Assembly (NCBI GenBank): GCA_963770895.1
Contig: CAVYRF010000002.1
Coordinates: forward strand, 4,192,001 to 4,256,000
DNA: 64,000 nucleotides
Direction of reading: 5' to 3'
Source: an uncultured Acidobacteriota bacterium
Lineage (GTDB): Bacteria > Acidobacteriota > Thermoanaerobaculia > Multivoradales > UBA5704
The notes beneath the pieces are model-generated. The model did not search any database, had not been told where the DNA came from, and worked only from the letters and a program-made list of their open reading frames with translations. Made by a program: the position numbers and the translations under genes. Of the stretch, positions 45,480-59,323 are shown piece by piece. The stretch's first letter is position 1; each line of letters opens with the position of its first letter.

Positions 45480-46562
45480 GTGCCGGTGAAGCCGTCGCGC
45501 CGGCGCTCGCTCGGCCGCATCGGCCTGCGGGTGGCCGGATCGCTTGCCGCCGTCGCGGTGGTGGGGCTGGTCTTCCGCCACGCCGAGGTGGCGCGCATCC
45601 GCGCGCTGCTGGTGGCGGCGCCGTGGCTTTTGGCGACGCCGATTTTCTACTTCGGGGTGTTGGCCTGCGACGCCCTGGGGTGGCGGCGGCTGATCATGAC
45701 CGGCCGGCGGCCCCCCGCCTGGGCGCGCCTGCTGGGGGTGCGCACGGCCGCCGAGGCGCTGGGGCTGAGCCTGCCGTCGGGCGGGGTGCTGGCCGAGGGG
45801 GTGGCGGTCTACCTGCTGCGCACCTCCTGCGGCGTGCCCACCGGCCTGGGGGTGGCGAGCCTGGCGGCGCGCCGCTTCTTCATCTTCCTGTCCTTTGGGC
45901 TCACCCTGGCGGCGAGCGCCGTGGCCGGGTATTCGCTGCTGGGCTCGATCTCGCCGCGGGTGCTCGGCCATGCCGGCCTGGAATGGGCGGTGCCGGTCGC
46001 CGCCCTGGTGGTCCTGGGGGCCGCCTTCGGGTTGCGCGCAGGCCTCCTGGGCGGCGACCTGGTGGGGCGCATCTTCCAGGCCCTGCGCCGGGTGCCGATC
46101 GCGGCGGTGCGGCGCTGGCTGGACCGCCGCCAGGACTCCTTTGCCGAGGTGGACCGCCAGGTCGAGCAGGCGCTGGTGGGGCGGCGCGGCGGGCCGCTGC
46201 TGACCACGGTCTACTACCTGGGGATCTGGATCTCCGAGTCGTGCGAGACCTTTTTCATCCTCACCCTGCTGGGGGCGGGCCTGTCGTTCCGCACCGTCTT
46301 CTCGTTCGAGTCGGGGCTCACCCTGCTGCGCGGCCTGGCCTTTTTCACCCCCTCCGGGCTGGGGGTGCAGGATCTGGGCTATCTTGCGATCCTGCAAGGA
46401 CTTGGGGTCAAGCAGGCGGTCAACGTCTGCGCCGCCTTCGTGGTGGTCAAACGCTCCAAGGAGATCTTCTGGATTATGATTGGGTACCTGCTGCTGGCGA
46501 GGCATGCCTGGCGCCCGTCCGCGAGCGCGGGGGATGCGTCCGGGCCGGCAGGGAACGCATGA
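45480..46562 (+). CDS. Lysylphosphatidylglycerol-synthase TM / flippase-like membrane protein (UPF0104/HpnL-like)
   Basis: Multiple TMs, LPSGGVLAEG, FFTPSGLGVQDLGY, KRSKEIFW. Confidence 0.8.
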   Translation: MPVKPSRRRSLGRIGLRVAGSLAAVAVVGLVFRHAEVARIRALLVAAPWLLATPIFYFGVLACDALGWRRLIMTGRRPPAWARLLGVRTAAEALGLSLPSGGVLAEGVAVYLLRTSCGVPTGLGVASLAARRFFIFLSFGLTLAASAVAGYSLLGSISPRVLGHAGLEWAVPVAALVVLGAAFGLRAGLLGGDLVGRIFQALRRVPIAAVRRWLDRRQDSFAEVDRQVEQALVGRRGGPLLTTVYYLGIWISESCETFFILTLLGAGLSFRTVFSFESGLTLLRGLAFFTPSGLGVQDLGYLAILQGLGVKQAVNVCAAFVVVKRSKEIFWIMIGYLLLARHAWRPSASAGDASGPAGNA

Positions 46563-47809
46563 GCCACTCCGCCCCAAGCAGACGCAAGCAGATCCTGTTC
46601 ATCTGCGGGTCGATCAACCAGACGACCCAGATGCACCAGGTCGCCCAGCTGCTGCCGGAGCACGACCACGCCTATACCCCCTATTACGGCACCGGCTACA
46701 TCGAGCTGCTGCGCCAGGCCCATTGCCTGGAATTCACCGTCCTGGGGTACAAGCTGCGCCACCGCTGCCTCGACTACCTGGAGCGCCACGGCCTGCCGAT
46801 CGACCTGCATGGACGGCGCGGCGGCTACGACCTGGTGGTGACCTGTTCCGACCTGATCGTGCCGCGCAACATCCGCAAGACCCCGACGGTCCTGGTGCAG
46901 GAAGGGATCCTGGACCCTGCCGGCCTGCCGTTCCGGCTGTGCCGCGGCCTGAAGGTGCTGCCGCTGTGGCTGGCCGGCACGTCGACGACCGGCCTGTCGC
47001 TGCGCTACCAGCGCTTTTGCGTCGCGAGCGAGGGCTACCGCGACCTGTTCATCGCCAACGGCGTGCCGGCGGACCGCATCGCCGTCACCGGCATCCCCAA
47101 CTTCGACGACTGCCGGCGGTATTTACAAAACGACTTCCCGCACCGCCATTTCGTGCTGGTGTGCTCGTCGGACGCCCGTGAAACGTTCAAGCGCGACAAC
47201 CGCCAGGCATTTCTGGCGCACTGCGTGCGGGTCGCCGCCGGCCGCCAGCTGATCTTCAAGCTCCACCCCAACGAGAACCGCGAGCGGGCGACGCGCGAGA
47301 TCGCCCAGGTGGCGCCGCAGGCGCTGGTCTACACCAGCGGCTGCGCCGAAGAGATGATCGCCAACTGCGACGTGCTGGTGACGCAGTATTCGTCGACGGT
47401 GTTCGTCGGCATGGCGCTGGGCAAAGAGGTGTACTCCTACAACGATCTGGACGAGGTGCGCCGGCTGATGCCGGAGCAGAACGGCTGCGCGGCGCAGAAG
47501 ATCGCCGGCACCTGCCGCGAAGTGCTGGCGCGGGCCGAGGTCGCCGCCGCGGGCATGGCCGCTGCAATGGATGCCGCGGCCGGCCGTCGCGGCAAGGCGG
47601 CTGCCTCGCTGTGGCGCCTGGGCGGCTTGCAGCGCTGGGGCGCGTCGCCGTCCGCCGGCGTGCGCCCGCCGCGGCCCGCGGCCCGCGGCGCGTCGCCCGC
47701 GGGGTTGGCGGGGTCGGCGGGGTCGGGATCGGCGCCGCACGGTCTGGGCCTGCGGGCGTGGCGCGCCGGGCGCAAGGGGTCGCCGTTCGGGCGATCGAGG
47801 GCGCGGTGA
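46559..47809 (+). CDS. GT-B-fold protein, putative CMP-ulosonate (sialyl-like) transferase
   Basis: VQEG, IAVTGIPNFD, FKLHPNE, DVLVTQYSSTV..GMALGKEV; ATGA coupling. Confidence 0.6.
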   Translation: MSHSAPSRRKQILFICGSINQTTQMHQVAQLLPEHDHAYTPYYGTGYIELLRQAHCLEFTVLGYKLRHRCLDYLERHGLPIDLHGRRGGYDLVVTCSDLIVPRNIRKTPTVLVQEGILDPAGLPFRLCRGLKVLPLWLAGTSTTGLSLRYQRFCVASEGYRDLFIANGVPADRIAVTGIPNFDDCRRYLQNDFPHRHFVLVCSSDARETFKRDNRQAFLAHCVRVAAGRQLIFKLHPNENRERATREIAQVAPQALVYTSGCAEEMIANCDVLVTQYSSTVFVGMALGKEVYSYNDLDEVRRLMPEQNGCAAQKIAGTCREVLARAEVAAAGMAAAMDAAAGRRGKAAASLWRLGGLQRWGASPSAGVRPPRPAARGASPAGLAGSAGSGSAPHGLGLRAWRAGRKGSPFGRSRAR

Positions 47810-48668
47810 GGGTTCTCGGCGTCGTTCAGGCTCGGACGGGCTCGACCCGCCTGCCGGGCAAGGTGTTGCTGCCGGTCGCCGGCCAGCCGCTGCTGGCGCG
47901 GATGCTCCAGCGGGTGCGCGCGGCGCGGACGCTCACCGACGTGGTGGTGGCGACCACCACCGACCCGGCCGACCAACCGGTGCGCCAGGTGTGCCGGCAG
48001 GAGGGCGTGCGCTGGGTGGACGGCCATCCCACCGACCTGCTCGACCGCCACTACCAGGCGGCGCTCGCCTGCGGCTTGACGGAAAGCCCGCAGGGTGGCG
48101 CCGGTGACGCCGCGGCCGGGCAGCCGGGTGACGTGGTGGTCAAGATCCCCTCCGACTGCCCGCTGATCGATCCGGCGGTCATCGACCAGGTGCTGGACGT
48201 CTACCTGCGCCAGCCGCGGCGCTGGGACTTCGTGAGCAACCTGCACCCCGCCAGCTGGCCCGACGGCAACGATGTCGAGGTGATGCCGATGGCGGCCCTG
48301 GCCGTCGCCTGGCGGGAAGCGCGCCTGCCGCACGAGCGCGAGCACACGACCCCCTTTCTGTGGGACCATCCGCAGCGTTTCCGGGTCGGCAACGTCAGCT
48401 GGCCGACCGGCCTCGACTACTCGATGTCGCACCGCTTCACCATCGACTACGCCGAGGATTACGACTTTGTGCGCGCCGTCTACGACGCGCTGTGGAGCCC
48501 GGAGCGGCCGCTGTTTGGACTGCAGGAGATCCTGGACCTGCTGGCGGCGCGCCCCGACATCTTCGCCCTCAACCGCCGCTACGCCGGCGTCAACTGGTAC
48601 CGCCATCACCTGGGCCAGCTGGCGACCGTCGACGCCGGCCAGACCCGCAGCCCCGAGGAGAATCCCGC

Positions 48669-48672
<4 letters not shown>
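47806..48672 (+). CDS. SpsF-type cytidylyltransferase (CTP_transf_3)
   Basis: VQARTGSTRLPGKVL, DCPLIDP, PDGNDVEV, REHTTPF, RFTIDYAEDY; GTGA overlap. Confidence 0.9.
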
Positions 48673-49576
<904 letters not shown>

Positions 49577-49580
<4 letters not shown>

Positions 49581-50667
49581 GCGGCGGGGTGACGACGGTG
49601 ACCCCGGAAACCCCGACGATCCCGGAAACCGCTGCGGCCATCGCGGGCGACGGCTGGGCCGGCCTGGGCCTGCCGCGGCCGGCTTCCTACGAAGAGGCGC
49701 TCAAGGCGCTGGCGGCGGTGCGCCCCGACCTGGTGGTGATGACGGCCGAAAACCGCGCCGCCATCCGCAACCTGCCGCCGGTCCTGGGGCCGCGTTTCAT
49801 CGACGTCGGGATCTGTGAGCAGACCATGGTGGGCGCCGCGGCTGGGCTGGCGCTGCGCGGCCGGACGCCGGTGGCGCACGCCCTGGCGACCTTCCTGGTG
49901 ATGCGGGCGTTCGAATTCATCCGCACCGACGTGGGGATCGCCAACCTGCCGGTCAAGCTGGTGGGCTACGTGCCGGGGTTCCTGTCGGACGGCAACGGTC
50001 CGACGCACCAGGCGATCGAAGACGTGTCGCTGATGCGCGGCATCCCGCACATGCAGGTGATCTGTCCGGCCGACGAAGAGGAGCTGATCGCGGCGCTGCC
50101 GGCCATCCTGGACAGCGGCGCGCCCTGCTACGTCCGCTACACCAACGCGCGGCCGGCGGTAGCCCACACGGCGCCGTTCCAGATCGGCCATGCCGAGCTG
50201 CTGGCGCCGGGCGCACCGGGGGGCGTGACGCTCGCCACCTATGGGTTCCTGCTGCGTGAGGTCGAGGCGGCGCGCGTGCTGCTCGCGGAGCGCGGCGTGC
50301 CGGTGCGGCTGCTCAACATGCGCACCTTGAAGCCGGTGGACGAAGCGGCGGTGCTTGCCGCCGCCGGCCGTTCGCGGCTGCTGGTGGCGGTCGAAGACCA
50401 CTTCCAGACCGGCGGCCTGTATTCGATCTGCGCCGAGGTGCTGGTGCGTCACGGCGTGCTCTGCCCGCTGCATTCGATCTCGCTGGGCGAGCGCTGGTTC
50501 AAGCCGGCGCTGCTGCCCGACGTGCTTGAGCACGAGGGTTTCACCGGGCCGGCCATCGCCGGCCGCGTGATGGCCGAGCTGGCGCGCCTGGACGCAGCGG
50601 CGTCCGCTGCCAGCCCGGCGCCGGACCACAGCTCCGGCGCCGCTCCCGACCCGACCGACCGGAGGTA

Positions 50668-50668
<1 letters not shown>
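49577..50668 (+). CDS. Transketolase-like protein, C-terminal subunit
   Basis: RFIDVGICEQTMVGAAAGLA, RAFEFIR, GPTHQAIED, TLKPVD, VEDHFQTGGL. Confidence 0.9.
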
Positions 50669-52019
<1,351 letters not shown>

Positions 52020-52020
<1 letters not shown>

Positions 52021-52934
52021 TGAGCGGCGGCGGACAACCCGCTCGGGACGGCCGGGAAGCGACGCTGGACGGCGCCGGAGCGGTCGCGGCGCCGGCGCTG
52101 CCGGCTTTTTCGCTGGCCGGACGGGTGGCGGTGGTGACCGGCGCCGCGGGACTTCTGGGGCGCCGCCACTGCCGCGCCCTGGCGGCGGCGGGAGCCAGCG
52201 TCGTGGCGACCGACCTGGACGCCGCCGTCTGCGATGCGGTGGCCGTGGAGGCGGCGGCGGCCGGCGGCGGCTCGGCGGCGGGTCAGGGCGGCGTGGTGGG
52301 CCAGGCGGCCGACATCACCCGCAAGGAATCGGTCGCGGCGTTGCGCGACGCCGTGCTGGCGCGATTCGGGCGGATCGACGTGCTGGTCAACAACGCCGCG
52401 GTCAACGAAAAGGTGGAAAGCCCGCTCGCCGGCGGCGAGGTGCTGCGCTTCGAAAACATGCCGCTCGACCTGTGGGAGTCGGCGCTCAAGGTCAACGTCA
52501 CCGGCACCTTCCTGTGCTGCCAGCTGCTCGGCGGGGAAATGGCGCGGCGCGGCCAGGGCGGCAGCATCGTCAACATCGCGTCCACCTACGGCATCGTGGC
52601 GCCCGACCAGTCGCTCTACCGCCAGCCCGACGGCAGCCAGACGTTCTTCAAGTCGGCGGCCTATCCCACCAGCAAGGGGGCGGTGCTGTCGCTGACGCGC
52701 TTTTTGGCCGCCTACTGGGGGAGCGCCGGGGTGCGGGTCAACGCGCTGTCGCCGGGCGGCGTCGAAAACGGCCAGGACGCCGGGTTCGTCGCCCGCTACT
52801 CGGCGCGCACGCCGCTCGGCCGCATGGCCGACCCGGCGGACTACGAGGGCGCGCTGGTGTTTCTGGCGAGCGATGCGTCGCGCTACATGACCGGCGCCAA
52901 CCTGGTGGTCGATGGCGGTTGGACCGCATGGTGA
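52020..52934 (+). CDS. SDR-family oxidoreductase (PtmA-like sugar modification type)
   Basis: [45 protein letters not shown]. Confidence 0.9.
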
Positions 52935-53502
52935 GCCTGGAGCGCCCCGCCGCGGCGGCAGCGGCGGCAGTGCCGGATCTGCACGAGCTCGGGGCGCGCG
53001 CCCGGCGGCTGCGGCTGGTGCTGACCGACAGCGACGGCGTGCTGACCGACGGCGGCGTCTACTACTCCGAAACCGGCGAGGCGCTGCGGCGGTTCACGGT
53101 GCGCGACGGCATGGGGATGGAGCGGCTGCGGCTGGCGGGCATCGGCACCGCCATCGTGACTCGCGAGCGGTCGGGCTGTGTCGAGCGGCGGTCGGCCAAG
53201 CTGGGGCTGCCGTACCTGTTTCTGGGGGTGCAGGACAAGGCCGCGGAGCTGCCGGCCATCCTGGCGCGCACCGGCCTGGGCATCGACGCGCTGGCCTACA
53301 TCGGCGATGATGTGAACGATCTTGGCATCATGGCGGCGATCGGCGAGCGTGGCCTGACGGCGGCGCCCGCCGACGCCATGCCCGAGCTGCTGGCCGCCTG
53401 CCAGCACCGCTGCGCGGCGCGCGGCGGGCACGGGGCTTTTCGCGATTTCGCCGAGTGGATCCTGCGCCTGCGGCAGGGAAACGAACACGACAAGGAGGAG
53501 CC

Positions 53503-53506
<4 letters not shown>
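52928..53506 (+). CDS. KdsC/KDN-9-phosphate-type HAD phosphatase
   Basis: [37 protein letters not shown]. Confidence 0.9.
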
Positions 53507-54408
<902 letters not shown>

Positions 54409-54427
54409 TGGAGGCTGAAAACACGGT

Positions 54428-55249
54428 ATGAGCTTCAATACCTGGACTCTCATTTCCGCGGCCGTCATCCTGGTGTCGGTCGGCGTGCTCATCGGCCTGG
54501 AACGGCTGCGCCCCTACGACCGCGGCGAGCGCCTGTTCCGCGAAGGCTTCTGGACCGACCTGGTGTTTTACACCGTGGTGCAGAACCTGATCCTGGCGGT
54601 GGTGATCGGCAAGATCATCGCCTGGATCGACGGCACCACCCACCTGTCGCGGCTGCATCTCATCTCGGGGTGGCCGATCTGGGTACAGGTCACGTTTTTC
54701 ATCGTCACCCACGACCTGTACATCTATTGGTTTCACCGCTGGCAGCACAACAACCAGTTCCTGTGGCGGCTGCACGAAGCGCACCATTCGGCCAAGACCA
54801 TCGATTGGCTGGCGGGGGCGCGGTCGCATGGGTTCGAGATCCTGATCAATCAGACGATCGAAGCGGCGCCGATGATCCTGCTCGGCGCGCCGCCGGTGGT
54901 GCCGGTGATCAAGGGGATGGTGAGCGCCGTCTGGGGCATGTACATCCATTCGAACATCGACGTGCGCACCGGCCCGCTGCAATACGTGATCAATGGTCCC
55001 GAGGCGCACCGCTGGCACCACGCGGTCGACCTGGAACCGCCCGGCATGAACTTCAGCACCAAGCTGGCGATCTGGGACCACCTGTTCGGCACGTTCTACC
55101 TGGAGCGCGACCGCCGGCCGACCGGCTACGGCCTCACCTACGTGGACTTTCCGCGCGGCTGGTGGCGCCAGAACCTGTTCGCGTTCCGGCGTTTCGACCC
55201 GCCGGCGCCGGCGGAGGAGCCGGCGGCGGGTCCGTTGGCCGGGGCCTGA
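54428..55249 (+). CDS. Sterol desaturase / fatty-acid hydroxylase family membrane di-iron enzyme
   Basis: His boxes YWFHRWQH, HEAHH, IHSN, HRWHH; NF...WDHLFGT. Confidence 0.9.
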   Translation: MSFNTWTLISAAVILVSVGVLIGLERLRPYDRGERLFREGFWTDLVFYTVVQNLILAVVIGKIIAWIDGTTHLSRLHLISGWPIWVQVTFFIVTHDLYIYWFHRWQHNNQFLWRLHEAHHSAKTIDWLAGARSHGFEILINQTIEAAPMILLGAPPVVPVIKGMVSAVWGMYIHSNIDVRTGPLQYVINGPEAHRWHHAVDLEPPGMNFSTKLAIWDHLFGTFYLERDRRPTGYGLTYVDFPRGWWRQNLFAFRRFDPPAPAEEPAAGPLAGA

Positions 55250-55321
55250 CCGCGCAAGGCGGTCCGGCCCGGCCGTTCATCGCGGTACTGATCCGGTCTA
55301 GCGCCGGTGGGAAGGAACTCT

Positions 55322-55924
55322 ATGAAACTCGCGGCACTTGGGTGCTTGGGGCTGTTGCTGCTGGGGGTGCTGATCGTCGGCGTCAGTGCGGTCGGCTCCT
55401 ACAACACGCTGGTGGGGCTTGACCAGGCTGTGCAGTCGCAGTGGGGGCAGGTGCAGAACGTCTATCAACGGCGGTCCGACCTGGTGCCCAACCTGGTCGA
55501 AACGGTGAAGGGCGCCGCCAACTTCGAAAAGGACACCTTTGTCGCCGTCGCCGAAGCCCGTTCGAAGGTCGGGCAGGTCTCGGTCCAGGGCGGAGCGCCC
55601 ACGTCGCAGCAGGACCTGGACAAGTTCCAGCAGGCGCAGGCCGGTCTGGGCAGCGCGCTCTCGCGCCTGCTGGTGGTGGCGGAACAGTATCCGCAGCTCA
55701 AGGCGACGCAGAACTTCCAGGACCTGCAGTCGCAGCTGGAAGGGACGGAAAACCGCATCTCGGTCGAGCGCATGCGCTTCAACGAGACGGCGCAGGCGTT
55801 CAACACCAAGCGCAACACGTTCCCGACGGTGGTGATCGCCGGCTTCTTCGGTTCCCGCTTCGACACCAAGCCCTACTTCAAGGCGCAAGAGGGCGCCGAG
55901 ACCGCGCCGAAGGTGAAGTTCTAG
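55322..55924 (+). CDS. lemA: LemA family protein
   Basis: YQRRSDLVPNLVETVKG, EQYPQLKA, LEGTENRISVER. Confidence 0.95.
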   Translation: MKLAALGCLGLLLLGVLIVGVSAVGSYNTLVGLDQAVQSQWGQVQNVYQRRSDLVPNLVETVKGAANFEKDTFVAVAEARSKVGQVSVQGGAPTSQQDLDKFQQAQAGLGSALSRLLVVAEQYPQLKATQNFQDLQSQLEGTENRISVERMRFNETAQAFNTKRNTFPTVVIAGFFGSRFDTKPYFKAQEGAETAPKVKF

Positions 55925-55950
55925 CGCGCGCGTCGGGTCGGGGCGCGATC

Positions 55951-56961
55951 ATGTGCAACCTCACTCTTGCGGCGCCCTGCGGGGCGCCGCGCCGCCGGCG
56001 CCGCGGTCCTGGCGCAGCGCTGCGTGCGGCGCTGGCGGTGGCCGTGCTGGCGGTGGCCGGTGCGCTCGCCGCGGTGGCGGCGCCGGGCACGCCTGGAACG
56101 TCGGGGTCGCCGGGAGCGTCGGGGACGCCGGGCTCGGCGGTTCCGGGGGGCACGGCCGCCGGCGCATCGGCGGCGACCGCGACGAGCGCGACGAGCGACG
56201 CGGACCGTCAGCGGGCTGGCGTGCCGGCGTTGCCGCCGGCGCCGCGGCAGTGGGTGACGGACACCGCGGGTTTCCTCTCAGCAGGGGCGGCGGAATCGCT
56301 CAATGCGCAGCTGCGGGACGTCCAGGCGCGCAGCGGTCACCAGGTGCTGGTCTGGATCGGCGGCACGACCGGCGCCGACCCCATCGAGGACTACACGGTG
56401 CGGGCGTTTGCGGCCTGGAAAGTCGGCCGCAAGGGGATGGACGACGGGCTGGCCATCTTCGTCTTCGCGGACGACCGCAAGGTCCGCATCGAAGTCGGTT
56501 ACGGGCTGGAGGGCCAGATCACCGACGCCATCGCCTCGCGCATCATCGACGAAGTGATGGTGCCGCGGCTGCGCGCCGGCGAAAAGGACGGCGCAGTCGG
56601 CGCCGGCGTCGCGGCGACGCTGGCGGTGATGGACGGCCAGCCGTGGTCCGCGGTCCTGGCCAGCGTCGGCACCAACTTTGCCGGCGCGCCGTCGCCCGAC
56701 GGCTCCCCCTACGCCGGGCAGGGCGTTCCGCCCGGCCAGCGGGCGGTGCGGCGGCCGCTCTCCATGGGCCAGGTGATCCTCTTCTGGATCGTCGGCATCA
56801 TCGTCCTGATCGTCCTCATCACCCACCCCTCGTTCGCCCTGTGGCTGCTCTACACCATCCTTTCCGGCGGTGGGGGAGGCGGCGGCGGGGGCGGAGGTGG
56901 CGGCGGTTTCTCGGGCGGCGGTGGCCGCTCCGGGGGAGGCGGGGCCTCGGGATCGTGGTAA
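55951..56961 (+). CDS. TPM-domain (YgcG-like) membrane protein
   Basis: VTDTAGFLS, WKVGRKGMDDG, RIEVGYGLEG, Gly-rich tail GGGASGSW. Confidence 0.9.
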   Translation: MCNLTLAAPCGAPRRRRRGPGAALRAALAVAVLAVAGALAAVAAPGTPGTSGSPGASGTPGSAVPGGTAAGASAATATSATSDADRQRAGVPALPPAPRQWVTDTAGFLSAGAAESLNAQLRDVQARSGHQVLVWIGGTTGADPIEDYTVRAFAAWKVGRKGMDDGLAIFVFADDRKVRIEVGYGLEGQITDAIASRIIDEVMVPRLRAGEKDGAVGAGVAATLAVMDGQPWSAVLASVGTNFAGAPSPDGSPYAGQGVPPGQRAVRRPLSMGQVILFWIVGIIVLIVLITHPSFALWLLYTILSGGGGGGGGGGGGGGFSGGGGRSGGGGASGSW

Positions 56962-57094
56962 GGATGGTCCCGTAGCAAGGGTCGAGCCGTAAGCGGGTTG
57001 GCAGGGCCGCGAGGCACCCGGGCGGTCTGCGAACCAGGGCTGGGATTCGGCCGGCCGGCGGGATGGAGCGGCGGAGCCGCTGGGGAGAACGCAC

Positions 57095-57538
57095 ATGTTT
57101 CTGGCACGCAGAAGGCTGCAGCGGGCCATCGACCAGCAGCAGGTCCACCAGGCGATCGTCGACGCCGAGCGCCGTACCTCGGGAGAGATCCGGGTGTCGC
57201 TGTCGCCCTTCTTCTGGGGCGACGTCCACCGCGCCGCCGAGCGCGCCTTCGAGCGCATGGGCATGACCGGCACCCGCCAGCGCAACGGCGTGCTCTTCTT
57301 CGTCGTGCCCTCGCGCCGCCGCTTCGTCGTCCTGGGCGACCAGGGCATCCACTCCCACGTCGGCCAGGAGTTCTGGCACGACGTCACGGCGGCCGTCGGC
57401 GACCGCTTCCGGCGCGGCGACTTCACCGGCGGCCTGGTCCACGGCATCGAAACCGTGGGAGAAGAGCTGGCGGAGGCCTTCCCGGCCGCGGAGCGGGTCG
57501 GGCACGACCAGCTGCCGGACGAAATTGACATCGGCTGA
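57095..57538 (+). CDS. Second TPM-domain protein
   Basis: AERRTSGEIRV, TRQRNGVL, LGDQGIH, LPDEI. Confidence 0.9.
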   Translation: MFLARRRLQRAIDQQQVHQAIVDAERRTSGEIRVSLSPFFWGDVHRAAERAFERMGMTGTRQRNGVLFFVVPSRRRFVVLGDQGIHSHVGQEFWHDVTAAVGDRFRRGDFTGGLVHGIETVGEELAEAFPAAERVGHDQLPDEIDIG

Positions 57539-57663
57539 TGAGGCATCCCGAGCGCCGCCGGCCCTGACGACATCGCCCAGCGACTCATCCAACGCCACGG
57601 TCGGCAGCCAATGCCGCGGCACTGCACGCGGCTCACTGAAAGGCAACCCTCAGCGGAAGCATC

Positions 57664-58428
57664 ATGGCCACCATCACCGAGATCGCCCCTGACATCTATC
57701 GCATCTGCGTGGTCAACTCCGCCATCGGGTTGCAGTTCAGCCACTTCCTGGTGCGCGACGACGAGCCGCTGCTCTTCCATGCCGGCCTGCGCCGCATGTG
57801 GCCCGAGGTGCGCGACGGCGTCGCCAAGCTGATCGATCCGGCAGCCCTGCGCTGGATCAGCTGGAGCCACTTCGAATCCGACGAATGCGGCGCCCTGAAC
57901 GACTGGCTGCGCATCGCCCCCCACGCCACGCCCGCCTGCGGCATGATCGGCGCGCGCGTCAACGTCAACGACTTCAGCGACCGCGAAGTCCGCGTCCTGG
58001 CCCCCCAGGACGTGCTCTCGACCGGCCGCCACCGCTTCCGCTACCACCCCACCCCCCAGCTGCCGCACGGCTGGGACGCCGGCCTGCTCTTCGAAGAGAC
58101 CCGGCGCACCCTTTTCTGCTCCGACCTCTTCCACCAGCTGGGCGGCGACCTGGAACCCCTGTCCCAGGCCAGCATCCTGGACCGCTGCCGCCACGCACTC
58201 GCCACCATCCAGGCCGGTCCCCTGGCCGGCTACATCCCCTACACCGCCTCGACCGGCACCATCCTGCAATCCCTGGCCGCCCTCGACCCCCAGACCCTGG
58301 CCATCCAGCACGGCTCCAGCTTCACCGGCAACTGCGCCGCCGCCCTGTCCGAGCTGAACGCTCTGATGGCCGACCTGCTGACCCAGGCGCCGGAAACGCC
58401 CGGCGGATGCGCCGGCACCGCCGGCTGA
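57664..58428 (+). CDS. Stand-alone FprA/ODP-like di-iron MBL-fold protein
   Basis: SHFESDECG, PHGWD, CSDLF, AIQHGS. Confidence 0.82.
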   Translation: MATITEIAPDIYRICVVNSAIGLQFSHFLVRDDEPLLFHAGLRRMWPEVRDGVAKLIDPAALRWISWSHFESDECGALNDWLRIAPHATPACGMIGARVNVNDFSDREVRVLAPQDVLSTGRHRFRYHPTPQLPHGWDAGLLFEETRRTLFCSDLFHQLGGDLEPLSQASILDRCRHALATIQAGPLAGYIPYTASTGTILQSLAALDPQTLAIQHGSSFTGNCAAALSELNALMADLLTQAPETPGGCAGTAG

Positions 58429-58499
58429 CCGCGTACGCGAGCGCCTCCCTGGTGCGGAAGGCCGGCGACGGTGACGGCGACGTGCGGAGCGCCCAGCAC

Positions 58500-58997
58500 T
58501 TGACGGACGAACCCTATGGATTCCGCCCCGCCACGGCCGACGACCTGCCAATGCTGCGGCGCTGGCTGCACACCCCCGAGGTCGTGCGCTGGTGGGGCGA
58601 CCCCGATCACGAGCTGTCCCTGCTCACCGAAGACCTGAACGAGCCCAACATGGTCATGCGCATCGTCTCGCTGGGCGCCAGGCCCTTCGCCTATGCCCAG
58701 CACTACGATGTGCACAGCTGGCCGCAGGACCACCTGGCCGCGCTCCCCGCCGGCACCCGCGCCATCGACACCTTCATCGGCGAGCCCGACATGCTCGGCG
58801 GCGGCCACGGCTCCCGCTACCTGCGCCAGCTGGCAAATCAACTGCTCCGCGAAGGCGCGCCGCTCATCGCCATCGACCCCGGCGCCGACAACCACCGAGC
58901 CCACCGCGCCTACCGGAAAGCCGGTTTCCGCGGCGACGCCCTCGTCGAAACCCCCGAAGGTCCAGCCGTTCTGATGACCTTCGACGGCAGGGGCTAG
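58500..58997 (+). CDS. GNAT acetyltransferase, AAC(6')-Ib/Acetyltransf_8-like
   Basis: WLHTPEVVRWWG, IDTFIGEPDMLGGGHG, DPGADNHRAHRAYRKAGF; start uncertain (TTG). Confidence 0.82.
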   Translation: MTDEPYGFRPATADDLPMLRRWLHTPEVVRWWGDPDHELSLLTEDLNEPNMVMRIVSLGARPFAYAQHYDVHSWPQDHLAALPAGTRAIDTFIGEPDMLGGGHGSRYLRQLANQLLREGAPLIAIDPGADNHRAHRAYRKAGFRGDALVETPEGPAVLMTFDGRG

Positions 58998-59122
58998 TCT
59001 CGTCGAGCGGCCGAGGCAAGCGCCGTTTGACCGACGGCTTGGCTTCGCGGCTTCTCCCAGGCCCGATGCAGGGCTCTCGGCGGAGGAGTAAAATCGGCCA
59101 GACTCGAATCGAGGAGATCTTC

Positions 59123-59323
59123 ATGAGCGAAGTCGAGCAGATCGAGAAGCGAATCGAAGGCCTTTCCCGAGAGGACCTGGCGAACTTCAGGGAATGGTTT
59201 CTCGAATATGACGCTGCCGTTTGGGACCAACAGATCGCAGCCGACGCCAAGGCTGGAAGACTGGATAGCCTGATTGCCGAAGCCACAGCCGACTACAAAG
59301 CCGGGAAGGCGCGGGACCTTTGA
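59123..59323 (+). CDS. Putative antitoxin
   Basis: 66 aa, acidic, WDQQIAADAKAGRLDSL; GAGGAG RBS and TAAAAT -10; TTGA overlap with the toxin. Confidence 0.78.
   Translation: MSEVEQIEKRIEGLSREDLANFREWFLEYDAAVWDQQIAADAKAGRLDSLIAEATADYKAGKARDL

Noticed and set aside
56962-57094. Structured ncRNA between the TPM genes
   Set aside because: Small GC hairpins are expected by chance at this GC content; no recognisable family.
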